Assembly: GCA_977862235.1 (NCBI GenBank)
Contig: OZ374559.1
Location: 744,001 to 808,000 of the forward strand
DNA: 64,000 nt
Origin: Dudresnaya verticillata
Taxonomy: Eukaryota
Reading direction: 5' to 3'
The notes below the pieces were generated by a model. That model did no database searches, had not been told where the DNA came from, and was given only the letters and a program-made list of their open reading frames with translations. A program made the position numbers and the translations under genes. Numbering within the stretch: position 1 is the first letter of the stretch; each line of letters begins with the position of its first letter. This document shows positions 35,645 through 49,290 of the stretch, in pieces.

Positions 35645-38600
35645 TATAGGCAGTATGTCGATGATTGTTCCTCATAATTGGTGTGGGAAGAAATTGTTGG
35701 GAATGAATCTCTATCCATCCGGTCGTGGTAAACTATTGTTGCTTTTCTCAACTTTGAGAATAAGGGGATGCCTGCTGTTGTTGCGTTTCTGGCGTCAATA
35801 GTCCTGCGACAGTTTGTATTTAAATCCTGAGAAATAACTTGCCTGCACGGGCGACCGTAGCAACTGGCTTGTTGTTCTATGGTATCCCTTGCATCTTCTC
35901 GCACTTTCCAAGCGCGATCAAGGGATTTTCGATTCCTCTGCCAGCTGTCCCGTCATGAATGTGCTTGCAGATAAGCGGGATCATCTTCGCATGGACATAT
36001 TTGTTGATGATAGAAGCTTTACCCACTGTGTGTCTGCAAGCCGTCGGGGTTTTTGTTATTAGCCCTCACTCTTTTCGTGGCTCCGCGGGCCGCGTTTGCG
36101 ATTAAGGTATCTATTCTCGCCAACTTCAGAAGCACGAAAACTATCGCAGGGTCTGTGACAGCCTGTGGATGGAACTCCACCCCATGGCGATGGATATTTA
36201 AACACATATGGGCGCATTGGGACAGGATTCGAACGGGCTTGGAATGTAGGGGATTGCTTCTTTCATGGCTGTGAAGAAAGAAACCTCCCCTTCTGCTGAA
36301 GAGATCAACTTCCTACTCGTATTTTGTCTCCTGTTGTTCAACGTGTGGCTCTCAACGTCAATTGACACAAACGTTCCTCCGCTCTACTGAGTGACAGTCC
36401 ATAACCTCACTTATGGAGTTTCTTGCTATTCCTCAGTAAAGTTGATCTCTCTCTGACTTTTTGTCTCTCTCTCTCAATCTAACATGTTGCAGCATTGAGA
36501 TAATCGTTTTCGGGGCGTTGTACGGTGGAGTACCATGGGTTATATCCATCCATTGCGAGAGATGTGATGCATCTATCGAGTAAGACGACAGTTGGTTGCT
36601 GTGGCTTCTCTAAAAATAAAGCATCGCGCTCTCACCCCCAACGGAATTGAGTTCGAGGCCAGCAGCGATCTTAATAAGCAAGCATCCCTTTATCGTAATA
36701 GGAAGAGGTGGCACACACCTTTAATGTAACCTAAGGAGCAACTCTGGGAAAAAGGTCTAACTACTACCTCGAACCCTATAATAAAGGTCCCCATCTCTAT
36801 AACTACCAGAACATATAGCAGGAGGAGGAGGAGGAGGAGGAGATAGGTTGCGGCGATTCACGCTAACGGCAACAGGAAATACATTGAAGAACGAGCGTAG
36901 TAAGGGACAGTAATAGAGATAACATCTCAGTGATGCGGGAGGTCCCTTTCTTGACAGTAATGTTATGCATTGAATGTAATCAGCGATGCGTTGAATAGGA
37001 GTGTCAAAACCGAAACCAATGCGGCCGTAAACATCAATAACCATCAAGCAAGCATCCCTTTAATCGCAATAACCGTAGCATGCAAATGAATATCCAGGTT
37101 TCCACGCTCGCGATGATATTGTGACAGCTTGACCTGTTCACGTTAGGCGATAGCTTGGATATTCACTACCTTTCCTGTTGTGGTTTGTTCGGTGATGAGC
37201 TAGGTTGAATGCATAGGTTGCACTCTAATGTTACATTATTTATTTTCTTCTGCTTGTCCCTGCGCGTGTAACTGTGGCCTCATGCGCTGTAAAAGCAGCA
37301 GGCAGTGTTTGTTCTGCTTCAACACCGAAATTGTGATGAAACTGCCGCTTCTCTCAACAATTGCCTTCAAATAAACAAAAGATGAGATGTGAAAGCGAAC
37401 TCAGCGGATGACACCCCTATGTACTATAAAGAGCCTGACAACAAGACAGTATTGTGTCGAGAAAAAGGGGGAAGCAGCCAGATCCTATCGGTTCACAGTC
37501 GGCGATACGATGTTATACAACACAAAGATAGAAAAAGTAGGATATAGTCAACTAAGGAGTGAGGAAGACCAACTTCAAATTTAGTCCAAAACTAGTGCAT
37601 CGGTCAAGCCCAGGCCACGAACTGAAGCGTAGAGGGATTTTGTTGTATAACAGGAAAGTGAGTGACGGAGAAACAGGTTTACTGCAATACATCAAACCCT
37701 CAAGATTCCAGCTGTAATATCAGCTGTGTTGACTTCATAAAGACGTCCAAGCCGTTTAGATTTATGGAATTTAAGTGAGTACTGTTGAATTGAATGATGA
37801 TGTTTTATTAAGACTTGAGAAAAAAAGAAGGAAGCTCTAAAGACATTTCTCTGTGAAGCAAACACCGTTGCAGCACAAAGCCTACGATTCACATTGATAC
37901 CTGCAAAGTGCAGAATACTCAAGACTAGGATAGAGGATAATGTGCGATATTCCTGAGAGGGATTAGTGCCTTGACGGGAGGAGATGTATTGCGCAGGTGC
38001 CTGGAGGTATTAGCGACTGTGACACACGGCACCCGGAAACTGTAGACCAACCAGTTCGTTGAGGTCTCCAATTCGAAGAATATGCAAGGCCAAGCAGTGC
38101 CCAGACGGGGCAGGACAATGGACTAGGATGGCCGTGTCACAAACAGATCGACGCAAGTCGGCATCGCACAGAGGGCCGGTAGTGCAAACGTTAAGTACCA
38201 CAAATTGGACTCAATGATGGAACAAAGTGAAGAGTGTGAGGAAGGCGCTCCGCTGCTCTACAACTCTAATTCTAACGTTCTGTTTTCCCACGTGATACTT
38301 TGTTCTTCAGTCGCCTCGTGGTCATTCTCTCAAATACTTTTCCGGATGGCCTGCTGTACCATTGCTTCCTATTATTGAGCGTAGGGACCACAACTGCGAT
38401 TGCCAATGCTGCGGGTCCCTGCACTCAGGCACCTCACTCCCCCATTCCCTATTCAGCCATCACCGTATGTACCATAGTATGTGGGAATTAGCAGGGACCA
38501 TATCAAAGCCATTGGAACATGACAACCATGCTACTTTTTGTATGGCTTGTCATTCAACTCAGAACAACATTGCTGTGCAATGAACATTCCTAAATAGCAT

Positions 38601-39734
38601 GTACAGAACGATGTACTCCCCCTTGGTTCATGGTCATTCCTTCTGCCTTCACCATTCAACCTCACTTCGATCCACTACTGCTCCACTCTACCAAATGGCA
38701 ACCGCAAAACGAGGGTACAACAGTGCGATAACAGCACAACACATTAATCTGTATCGCGATATTGTGTCGTGAATTGTAGCTGAGTTTAAAGAACGTAGCA
38801 GTTGCCGCAGTACACCAACCGTAGGGCGCTGCCGTAAACCTCTGAAGACCAGCCGATACCGACATGTTTAAAGTTCTCACTATCACAACACACATTCTAT
38901 GGACCATAACAACCATTTGAATATCTTTTTACCCCAGCTAATGCTAGTTGCAATAAGACTCACTGCTCGAACGTCGATGCATTCCGTGGTATGAAGATAC
39001 AGGGATGATGCCCTCGCATTCCGAGCTCGTCAACCATCTCTGGGATACTCTTGAGACGAAATCCTTCGCACTTTGGGATGAATGTTGTGACCCTATAGGC
39101 CAAGGAAATGAACGGTTCACAGCTACAGGATTCTGAATACCCGCGCATTACGCAGCGTTTCAGCCGGAGAACGCCAAATTCTATTTCGGTACTTCAAGGG
39201 GAAAGGTAAAAGGAGCTCTGCAACCTCCCACTTTAGCTTCCACTCAGTGTCAAGGCAGTCTTGAGGCTTCTTTCCCGCGAAGGAAATCATGAGATGTAGC
39301 ATCTGTATTAACCTCACACACAAAGATAAAAGGAACATACGGCTTCTGAAGGAACGAGCTTTCTCAAGCTTCTTCGCCAACTACCATGTGTGGAGGAGAA
39401 CACGCCAATGTGTCGAAGGTACCGAAATCTAAAGAACGTCTCACACCATTCACACCATTCAATGGTACACATCAACTTGCACGGCACTAGTTCACTGCAC
39501 TTGTAACATGTTTTGCGGAAATGGAACAGAATGTAATAAGCATTCAACCAAGAAGGAATGTTCTTGAACAAAATATTAAGGTTCCGCTTCACTATATAAA
39601 TCTCAAGCTATCATCGGTACAAGTGGGGAACAGAATCCACAAGCAACTTCCCCGCTCTGCGGACAAAGGACAACAACTATAGCACACAGCACGCCCTAAC
39701 CTCAGTTTTCAGAAGTTCTCGACCGGTACCCAAA

Positions 39735-40193
39735 ATGTATTTCCGTCTTGCAATTCTTGTCGCCCTCCTCTTGGCTCCCTTCTCATCTGCTACAACGTGT
39801 CCAAACAATGGAATTTGCCTGCCTCGTCACCTGTGCTACGCTCAAGGTCTTCGTCCGCTTCACGGGAATTACTGTGGAGGTCAAGCTGGGGTTGAATGCT
39901 GCCCGGGCTACAGGCCTCGAAGATGTTACTATCGAATTCTTAACTACAACATCCCAGGCGTTTGCCAACCGTCGGCCACATGCAAAGGAACTGGTGCATT
40001 CTCCGTATCGTCTCCCAGCTGCAGTGGGATAAACCAGTGCTGTGTCGGATCTTCGCTGTTGCACCCAACACCACGGCCTACGAGGCCTCCAGTTCCCACT
40101 CGCTATCCTCTTCCGTGCAAGAGTCGAAGCACTAGGACTCTTCAAGTTGCATGCAAAATCAATGAATTCACGAAGCGTGTCTTCAGCTTGTAA
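39735..40193 (+). CDS. Secreted defensin/clip-like Cys-rich protein, copy 7
   Basis: Translation identical to copy 1. Confidence 0.85.
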   Translation: MYFRLAILVALLLAPFSSATTCPNNGICLPRHLCYAQGLRPLHGNYCGGQAGVECCPGYRPRRCYYRILNYNIPGVCQPSATCKGTGAFSVSSPSCSGINQCCVGSSLLHPTPRPTRPPVPTRYPLPCKSRSTRTLQVACKINEFTKRVFSL

Positions 40194-43100
40194 TATAGGC
40201 AGTATGTCGATGATTGTTCCTCATAATTGGTGTGGGAAGAAATTGTTGGGAATGAATCTCTATCCATCCGGTCGTGGTAAACTATTGTTGCTTTTCTCAA
40301 CTTTGAGAATAAGGGGATGCCTGCTGTTGTTGCGTTTCTGGCGTCAATAGTCCTGCGACAGTTTGTATTTAAATCCTGAGAAATAACTTGCCTGCACGGG
40401 CGACCGTAGCAACTGGCTTGTTGTTCTATGGTATCCCTTGCATCTTCTCGCACTTTCCAAGCGCGATCAAGGGATTTTCGATTCCTCTGCCAGCTGTCCC
40501 GTCATGAATGTGCTTGCAGATAAGCGGGATCATCTTCGCATGGACATATTTGTTGATGATAGAAGCTTTACCCACTGTGTGTCTGCAAGCCGTCGGGGTT
40601 TTTGTTATTAGCCCTCACTCTTTTCGTGGCTCCGCGGGCCGCGTTTGCGATTAAGGTATCTATTCTCGCCAACTTCAGAAGCACGAAAACTATCGCAGGG
40701 TCTGTGACAGCCTGTGGATGGAACTCCACCCCATGGCGATGGATATTTAAACACATATGGGCGCATTGGGACAGGATTCGAACGGGCTTGGAATGTAGGG
40801 GATTGCTTCTTTCATGGCTGTGAAGAAAGAAACCTCCCCTTCTGCTGAAGAGATCAACTTCCTACTCGTATTTTGTCTCCTGTTGTTCAACGTGTGGCTC
40901 TCAACGTCAATTGACACAAACGTTCCTCCGCTCTACTGAGTGACAGTCCATAACCTCACTTATGGAGTTTCTTGCTATTCCTCAGTAAAGTTGATCTCTC
41001 TCTGACTTTTTGTCTCTCTCTCTCAATCTAACATGTTGCAGCATTGAGATAATCGTTTTCGGGGCGTTGTACGGTGGAGTACCATGGGTTATATCCATCC
41101 ATTGCGAGAGATGTGATGCATCTATCGAGTAAGACGACAGTTGGTTGCTGTGGCTTCTCTAAAAATAAAGCATCGCGCTCTCACCCCCAACGGAATTGAG
41201 TTCGAGGCCAGCAGCGATCTTAATAAGCAAGCATCCCTTTATCGTAATAGGAAGAGGTGGCACACACCTTTAATGTAACCTAAGGAGCAACTCTGGGAAA
41301 AAGGTCTAACTACTACCTCGAACCCTATAATAAAGGTCCCCATCTCTATAACTACCAGAACATATAGCAGGAGGAGGAGGAGGAGGAGGAGATAGGTTGC
41401 GGCGATTCACGCTAACGGCAACAGGAAATACATTGAAGAACGAGCGTAGTAAGGGACAGTAATAGAGATAACATCTCAGTGATGCGGGAGGTCCCTTTCT
41501 TGACAGTAATGTTATGCATTGAATGTAATCAGCGATGCGTTGAATAGGAGTGTCAAAACCGAAACCAATGCGGCCGTAAACATCAATAACCATCAAGCAA
41601 GCATCCCTTTAATCGCAATAACCGTAGCATGCAAATGAATATCCAGGTTTCCACGCTCGCGATGATATTGTGACAGCTTGACCTGTTCACGTTAGGCGAT
41701 AGCTTGGATATTCACTACCTTTCCTGTTGTGGTTTGTTCGGTGATGAGCTAGGTTGAATGCATAGGTTGCACTCTAATGTTACATTATTTATTTTCTTCT
41801 GCTTGTCCCTGCGCGTGTAACTGTGGCCTCATGCGCTGTAAAAGCAGCAGGCAGTGTTTGTTCTGCTTCAACACCGAAATTGTGATGAAACTGCCGCTTC
41901 TCTCAACAATTGCCTTCAAATAAACAAAAGATGAGATGTGAAAGCGAACTCAGCGGATGACACCCCTATGTACTATAAAGAGCCTGACAACAAGACAGTA
42001 TTGTGTCGAGAAAAAGGGGGAAGCAGCCAGATCCTATCGGTTCACAGTCGGCGATACGATGTTATACAACACAAAGATAGAAAAAGTAGGATATAGTCAA
42101 CTAAGGAGTGAGGAAGACCAACTTCAAATTTAGTCCAAAACTAGTGCATCGGTCAAGCCCAGGCCACGAACTGAAGCGTAGAGGGATTTTGTTGTATAAC
42201 AGGAAAGTGAGTGACGGAGAAACAGGTTTACTGCAATACATCAAACCCTCAAGATTCCAGCTGTAATATCAGCTGTGTTGACTTCATAAAGACGTCCAAG
42301 CCGTTTAGATTTATGGAATTTAAGTGAGTACTGTTGAATTGAATGATGATGTTTTATTAAGACTTGAGAAAAAAAGAAGGAAGCTCTAAAGACATTTCTC
42401 TGTGAAGCAAACACCGTTGCAGCACAAAGCCTACGATTCACATTGATACCTGCAAAGTGCAGAATACTCAAGACTAGGATAGAGGATAATGTGCGATATT
42501 CCTGAGAGGGATTAGTGCCTTGACGGGAGGAGATGTATTGCGCAGGTGCCTGGAGGTATTAGCGACTGTGACACACGGCACCCGGAAACTGTAGACCAAC
42601 CAGTTCGTTGAGGTCTCCAATTCGAAGAATATGCAAGGCCAAGCAGTGCCCAGACGGGGCAGGACAATGGACTAGGATGGCCGTGTCACAAACAGATCGA
42701 CGCAAGTCGGCATCGCACAGAGGGCCGGTAGTGCAAACGTTAAGTACCACAAATTGGACTCAATGATGGAACAAAGTGAAGAGTGTGAGGAAGGCGCTCC
42801 GCTGCTCTACAACTCTAATTCTAACGTTCTGTTTTCCCACGTGATACTTTGTTCTTCAGTCGCCTCGTGGTCATTCTCTCAAATACTTTTCCGGATGGCC
42901 TGCTGTACCATTGCTTCCTATTATTGAGCGTAGGGACCACAACTGCGATTGCCAATGCTGCGGGTCCCTGCACTCAGGCACCTCACTCCCCCATTCCCTA
43001 TTCAGCCATCACCGTATGTACCATAGTATGTGGGAATTAGCAGGGACCATATCAAAGCCATTGGAACATGACAACCATGCTACTTTTTGTATGGCTTGTC

Positions 43101-44283
43101 ATTCAACTCAGAACAACATTGCTGTGCAATGAACATTCCTAAATAGCATGTACAGAACGATGTACTCCCCCTTGGTTCATGGTCATTCCTTCTGCCTTCA
43201 CCATTCAACCTCACTTCGATCCACTACTGCTCCACTCTACCAAATGGCAACCGCAAAACGAGGGTACAACAGTGCGATAACAGCACAACACATTAATCTG
43301 TATCGCGATATTGTGTCGTGAATTGTAGCTGAGTTTAAAGAACGTAGCAGTTGCCGCAGTACACCAACCGTAGGGCGCTGCCGTAAACCTCTGAAGACCA
43401 GCCGATACCGACATGTTTAAAGTTCTCACTATCACAACACACATTCTATGGACCATAACAACCATTTGAATATCTTTTTACCCCAGCTAATGCTAGTTGC
43501 AATAAGACTCACTGCTCGAACGTCGATGCATTCCGTGGTATGAAGATACAGGGATGATGCCCTCGCATTCCGAGCTCGTCAACCATCTCTGGGATACTCT
43601 TGAGACGAAATCCTTCGCACTTTGGGATGAATGTTGTGACCCTATAGGCCAAGGAAATGAACGGTTCACAGCTACAGGATTCTGAATACCCGCGCATTAC
43701 GCAGCGTTTCAGCCGGAGAACGCCAAATTCTATTTCGGTACTTCAAGGGGAAAGGTAAAAGGAGCTCTGCAACCTCCCACTTTAGCTTCCACTCAGTGTC
43801 AAGGCAGTCTTGAGGCTTCTTTCCCGCGAAGGAAATCATGAGATGTAGCATCTGTATTAACCTCACACACAAAGATAAAAGGAACATACGGCTTCTGAAG
43901 GAACGAGCTTTCTCAAGCTTCTTCGCCAACTACCATGTGTGGAGGAGAACACGCCAATGTGTCGAAGGTACCGAAATCTAAAGAACGTCTCACACCATTC
44001 ACACCATTCAATGGTACACATCAACTTGCACGGCACTAGTTCACTGCACTTGTAACATGTTTTGCGGAAATGGAACAGAATGTAATAAGCATTCAACCAA
44101 GAAGGAATGTTCTTGAACAAAATATTAAGGTTCCGCTTCACTATATAAATCTCAAGCTATCATCGGTACAAGTGGGGAACAGAATCCACAAGCAACTTCC
44201 CCGCTCTGCGGACAAAGGACAACAACTATAGCACACAGCACGCCCTAACCTCAGTTTTCAGAAGTTCTCGACCGGTACCCAAA

Positions 44284-44742
44284 ATGTATTTCCGTCTTGC
44301 AATTCTTGTCGCCCTCCTCTTGGCTCCCTTCTCATCTGCTACAACGTGTCCAAACAATGGAATTTGCCTGCCTCGTCACCTGTGCTACGCTCAAGGTCTT
44401 CGTCCGCTTCACGGGAATTACTGTGGAGGTCAAGCTGGGGTTGAATGCTGCCCGGGCTACAGGCCTCGAAGATGTTACTATCGAATTCTTAACTACAACA
44501 TCCCAGGCGTTTGCCAACCGTCGGCCACATGCAAAGGAACTGGTGCATTCTCCGTATCGTCTCCCAGCTGCAGTGGGATAAACCAGTGCTGTGTCGGATC
44601 TTCGCTGTTGCACCCAACACCACGGCCTACGAGGCCTCCAGTTCCCACTCGCTATCCTCTTCCGTGCAAGAGTCGAAGCACTAGGACTCTTCAAGTTGCA
44701 TGCAAAATCAATGAATTCACGAAGCGTGTCTTCAGCTTGTAA
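44284..44742 (+). CDS. Secreted defensin/clip-like Cys-rich protein, copy 8
   Basis: Translation identical to copy 1; 1-bp deletion in the 3' flank at ~44776. Confidence 0.85.
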   Translation: MYFRLAILVALLLAPFSSATTCPNNGICLPRHLCYAQGLRPLHGNYCGGQAGVECCPGYRPRRCYYRILNYNIPGVCQPSATCKGTGAFSVSSPSCSGINQCCVGSSLLHPTPRPTRPPVPTRYPLPCKSRSTRTLQVACKINEFTKRVFSL

Positions 44743-47700
44743 TATAGGCAGTATGTCGATGATTGTTCCTCATAATGGTGTGGGAAGAAATTGTTGGGAA
44801 TGAATCTCTATCCATCCGGTCGTGGTAAACTATTGTTGCTTTTCTCAACTTTGAGAATAAGGGGATGCCTGCTGTTGTTGCGTTTCTGGCGTCAATAGTC
44901 CTGCGACAGTTTGTATTTAAATCCTGAGAAATAACTTGCCTGCACGGGCGACCGTAGCAACTGGTTTGTTGTTCTATGGTATCCCTTGCATCTTCTCGCA
45001 CTTTCCAAGCGCGATCAAGGGATTTTCGATTCCTCTGCCAGCTGTCCCGTCATGAATGTGCTTGCAGATAAGCGGGATCATCTTCGCATGGACATATTTG
45101 TTGATGATAGAAGCTTTACCCACTGTGTGTCTGCAAGCCGTCGGGGTTTTTGTTATTAGCCCTCACTCTTTTCGTGGCTCCGCGGGCCGCGTTTGCGATT
45201 AAGGTATCTATTCTCGCCAACTTCAGAAGCACGAAAACTATCGCAGGGTCTGTGACAGCCTGTGGATGGAACTCCACCCCATGGCGATGGATATTTAAAC
45301 ACATATGGGCGCATTGGGACAGGATTCGAACGGGCTTGGAATGTAGGGGATTGCTTCTTTCATGGCTGTGAAGAAAGAAACCTCCCCTTCTGCTGAAGAG
45401 ATCAACTTCCTACTCGTATTTTGTCTCCTGTTGTTCAACGTGTGGCTCTCAACGTCAATTGACACAAACGTTCCTCCGCTCTACTGAGTGACAGTCCATA
45501 ACCTCACTTATGGAGTTTCTTGCTATTCCTCAGTAAAGTTGATCTCTCTCTGACTTTTTGTCTCTCTCTCTCAATCTAACATGTTGCAGCATTGAGATAA
45601 TCGTTTTCGGGGCGTTGTACGGTGGAGTACCATGGGTTATATCCATCCATTGCGAGAGATGTGATGCATCTATCGAGTAAGACGACAGTTGGTTGCTGTG
45701 GCTTCTCTAAAAATAAAGCATCGCGCTCTCACCCCCAACGGAATTGAGTTCGAGGCCAGCAGCGATCTTAATAAGCAAGCATCCCTTTATCGTAATAGGA
45801 AGAGGTGGCACACACCTTTAATGTAACCTAAGGAGCAACTCTGGGAAAAAGGTCTAACTACTACCTCGAACCCTATAATAAAGGTCCCCATCTCTATAAC
45901 TACCAGAACATATAGCAGGAGGAGGAGGAGGAGGAGGAGATAGGTTGCGGCGATTCACGCTAACGGCAACAGGAAATACATTGAAGAACGAGCGTAGTAA
46001 GGGACAGTAATAGAGATAACATCTCAGTGATGCGGGAGGTCCCTTTCTTGACAGTAATGTTATGCATTGAATGTAATCAGCGATGCGTTGAATAGGAGTG
46101 TCAAAACCGAAACCAATGCGGCCGTAAACATCAATAACCATCAAGCAAGCATCCCTTTAATCGCAATAACCGTAGCATGCAAATGAATATCCAGGTTTCC
46201 ACGCTCGCGATGATATTGTGACAGCTTGACCTGTTCACGTTAGGCGATAGCTTGGATATTCACTACCTTTCCTGTTGTGGTTTGTTCGGTGATGAGCTAG
46301 GTTGAATGCATAGGTTGCACTCTAATGTTACATTATTTATTTTCTTCTGCTTGTCCCTGCGCGTGTAACTGTGGCCTCATGCGCTGTAAAAGCAGCAGGC
46401 AGTGTTTGTTCTGCTTCAACACCGAAATTGTGATGAAACTGCCGCTTCTCTCAACAATTGCCTTCAAATAAACAAAAGATGAGATGTGAAAGCGAACTCA
46501 GCGGATGACACCCCTATGTACTATAAAGAGCCTGACAACAAGACAGTATTGTGTCGAGAAAAAGGGGGAAGCAGCCAGATCCTATCGGTTCACAGTCGGC
46601 GATACGATGTTATACAACACAAAGATAGAAAAAGTAGGATATAGTCAACTAAGGAGTGAGGAAGACCAACTTCAAATTTAGTCCAAAACTAGTGCATCGG
46701 TCAAGCCCAGGCCACGAACTGAAGCGTAGAGGGATTTTGTTGTATAACAGGAAAGTGAGTGACGGAGAAACAGGTTTACTGCAATACATCAAACCCTCAA
46801 GATTCCAGCTGTAATATCAGCTGTGTTGACTTCATAAAGACGTCCAAGCCGTTTAGATTTATGGAATTTAAGTGAGTACTGTTGAATTGAATGATGATGT
46901 TTTATTAAGACTTGAGAAAAAAAGAAGGAAGCTCTAAAGACATTTCTCTGTGAAGCAAACACCGTTGCAGCACAAAGCCTACGATTCACATTGATACCTG
47001 CAAAGTGCAGAATACTCAAGACTAGGATAGAGGATAATGTGCGATATTCCTGAGAGGGATTAGTGCCTTGACGGGAGGAGATGTATTGCGCAGGTGCCTG
47101 GAGGTATTAGCGACTGTGACACACGGCACCCGGAAACTGTAGACCAACCAGTTCGTTGAGGTCTCCAATTCGAAGAATATGCAAGGCCAAGCAGTGCCCA
47201 GACGGGGCAGGACAATGGACTAGGATGGCCGTGTCACAAACAGATCGACGCAAGTCGGCATCGCACAGAGGGCCGGTAGTGCAAACGTTAAGTACCACAA
47301 ATTGGACTCAATGATGGAACAAAGTGAAGAGTGTGAGGAAGGCGCTCCGCTGCTCTACAACTCTAATTCTAACGTTCTGTTTTCCCACGTGATACTTTGT
47401 TCTTCAGTCGCCTCGTGGTCATTCTCTCAAATACTTTTCCGGATGGCCTGCTGTACCATTGCTTCCTATTATTGAGCGTAGGGACCACAACTGCGATTGC
47501 CAATGCTGCGGGTCCCTGCACTCAGGCACCTCACTCCCCCATTCCCTATTCAGCCATCACCGTATGTACCATAGTATGTGGGAATTAGCAGGGACCATAT
47601 CAAAGCCATTGGAACATGACAACCATGCTACTTTTTGTATGGCTTGTCATTCAACTCAGAACAACATTGCTGTGCAATGAACATTCCTAAATAGCATGTA

Positions 47701-48831
47701 CAGAACGATGTACTCCCCCTTGGTTCATGGTCATTCCTTCTGCCTTCACCATTCAACCTCACTTCGATCCACTACTGCTCCACTCTACCAAATGGCAACC
47801 GCAAAACGAGGGTACAACAGTGCGATAACAGCACAACACATTAATCTGTATCGCGATATTGTGTCGTGAATTGTAGCTGAGTTTAAAGAACGTAGCAGTT
47901 GCCGCAGTACACCAACCGTAGGGCGCTGCCGTAAACCTCTGAAGACCAGCCGATACCGACATGTTTAAAGTTCTCACTATCACAACACACATTCTATGGA
48001 CCATAACAACCATTTGAATATCTTTTTACCCCAGCTAATGCTAGTTGCAATAAGACTCACTGCTCGAACGTCGATGCATTCCGTGGTATGAAGATACAGG
48101 GATGATGCCCTCGCATTCCGAGCTCGTCAACCATCTCTGGGATACTCTTGAGACGAAATCCTTCGCACTTTGGGATGAATGTTGTGACCCTATAGGCCAA
48201 GGAAATGAACGGTTCACAGCTACAGGATTCTGAATACCCGCGCATTACGCAGCGTTTCAGCCGGAGAACGCCAAATTCTATTTCGGTACTTCAAGGGGAA
48301 AGGTAAAAGGAGCTCTGCAACCTCCCACTTTAGCTTCCACTCAGTGTCAAGGCAGTCTTGAGGCTTCTTTCCCGCGAAGGAAATCATGAGATGTAGCATC
48401 TGTATTAACCTCACACACAAAGATAAAAGGAACATACGGCTTCTGAAGGAACGAGCTTTCTCAAGCTTCTTCGCCAACTACCATGTGTGGAGGAGAACAC
48501 GCCAATGTGTCGAAGGTACCGAAATCTAAAGAACGTCTCACACCATTCACACCATTCAATGGTACACATCAACTTGCACGGCACTAGTTCACTGCACTTG
48601 TAACATGTTTTGCGGAAATGGAACAGAATGTAATAAGCATTCAACCAAGAAGGAATGTTCTTGAACAAAATATTAAGGTTCCGCTTCACTATATAAATCT
48701 CAAGCTATCATCGGTACAAGTGGGGAACAGAATCCACAAGCAACTTCCCCGCTCTGCGGACAAAGGACAACAACTATAGCACACAGCACGCCCTAACCTC
48801 AGTTTTCAGAAGTTCTCGACCGGTACCCAAA

Positions 48832-49290
48832 ATGTATTTCCGTCTTGCAATTCTTGTCGCCCTCCTCTTGGCTCCCTTCTCATCTGCTACAACGTGTCCA
48901 AACAATGGAATTTGCCTGCCTCGTCACCTGTGCTACGCTCAAGGTCTTCGTCCGCTTCACGGGAATTACTGTAGAGGTCAAGCTGGGGTTGAATGCTGCC
49001 CGGGCTACAGGCCTCGAAGATGTTACTATCGAATTCTTAACTACAACATCCCAGGCGTTTGCCAACCGTCGGCCACATGCAAAGGAACTGGTGCATTCTC
49101 CGTATCGTCTCCCAGCTGCAGTGGGATAAACCAGTGCTGTGTCGGATCTTCGCTGTTGCACCCAACACCACGGCCTACGAGGCCTCCAGTTCCCACTCGC
49201 TATCCTCTTCCGTGCAAGAGTCGAAGCACTAGGACTCTTCAAGTTGCATGCAAAATCAATGAATTCACGAAGCGTGTCTTCAGCTTGTAA
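48832..49290 (+). CDS. Secreted defensin/clip-like Cys-rich protein, copy 9 (G48R variant)
   Basis: GGA>AGA at 48973 changes YCGGQ to YCRGQ; otherwise identical. Confidence 0.85.
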   Translation: MYFRLAILVALLLAPFSSATTCPNNGICLPRHLCYAQGLRPLHGNYCRGQAGVECCPGYRPRRCYYRILNYNIPGVCQPSATCKGTGAFSVSSPSCSGINQCCVGSSLLHPTPRPTRPPVPTRYPLPCKSRSTRTLQVACKINEFTKRVFSL

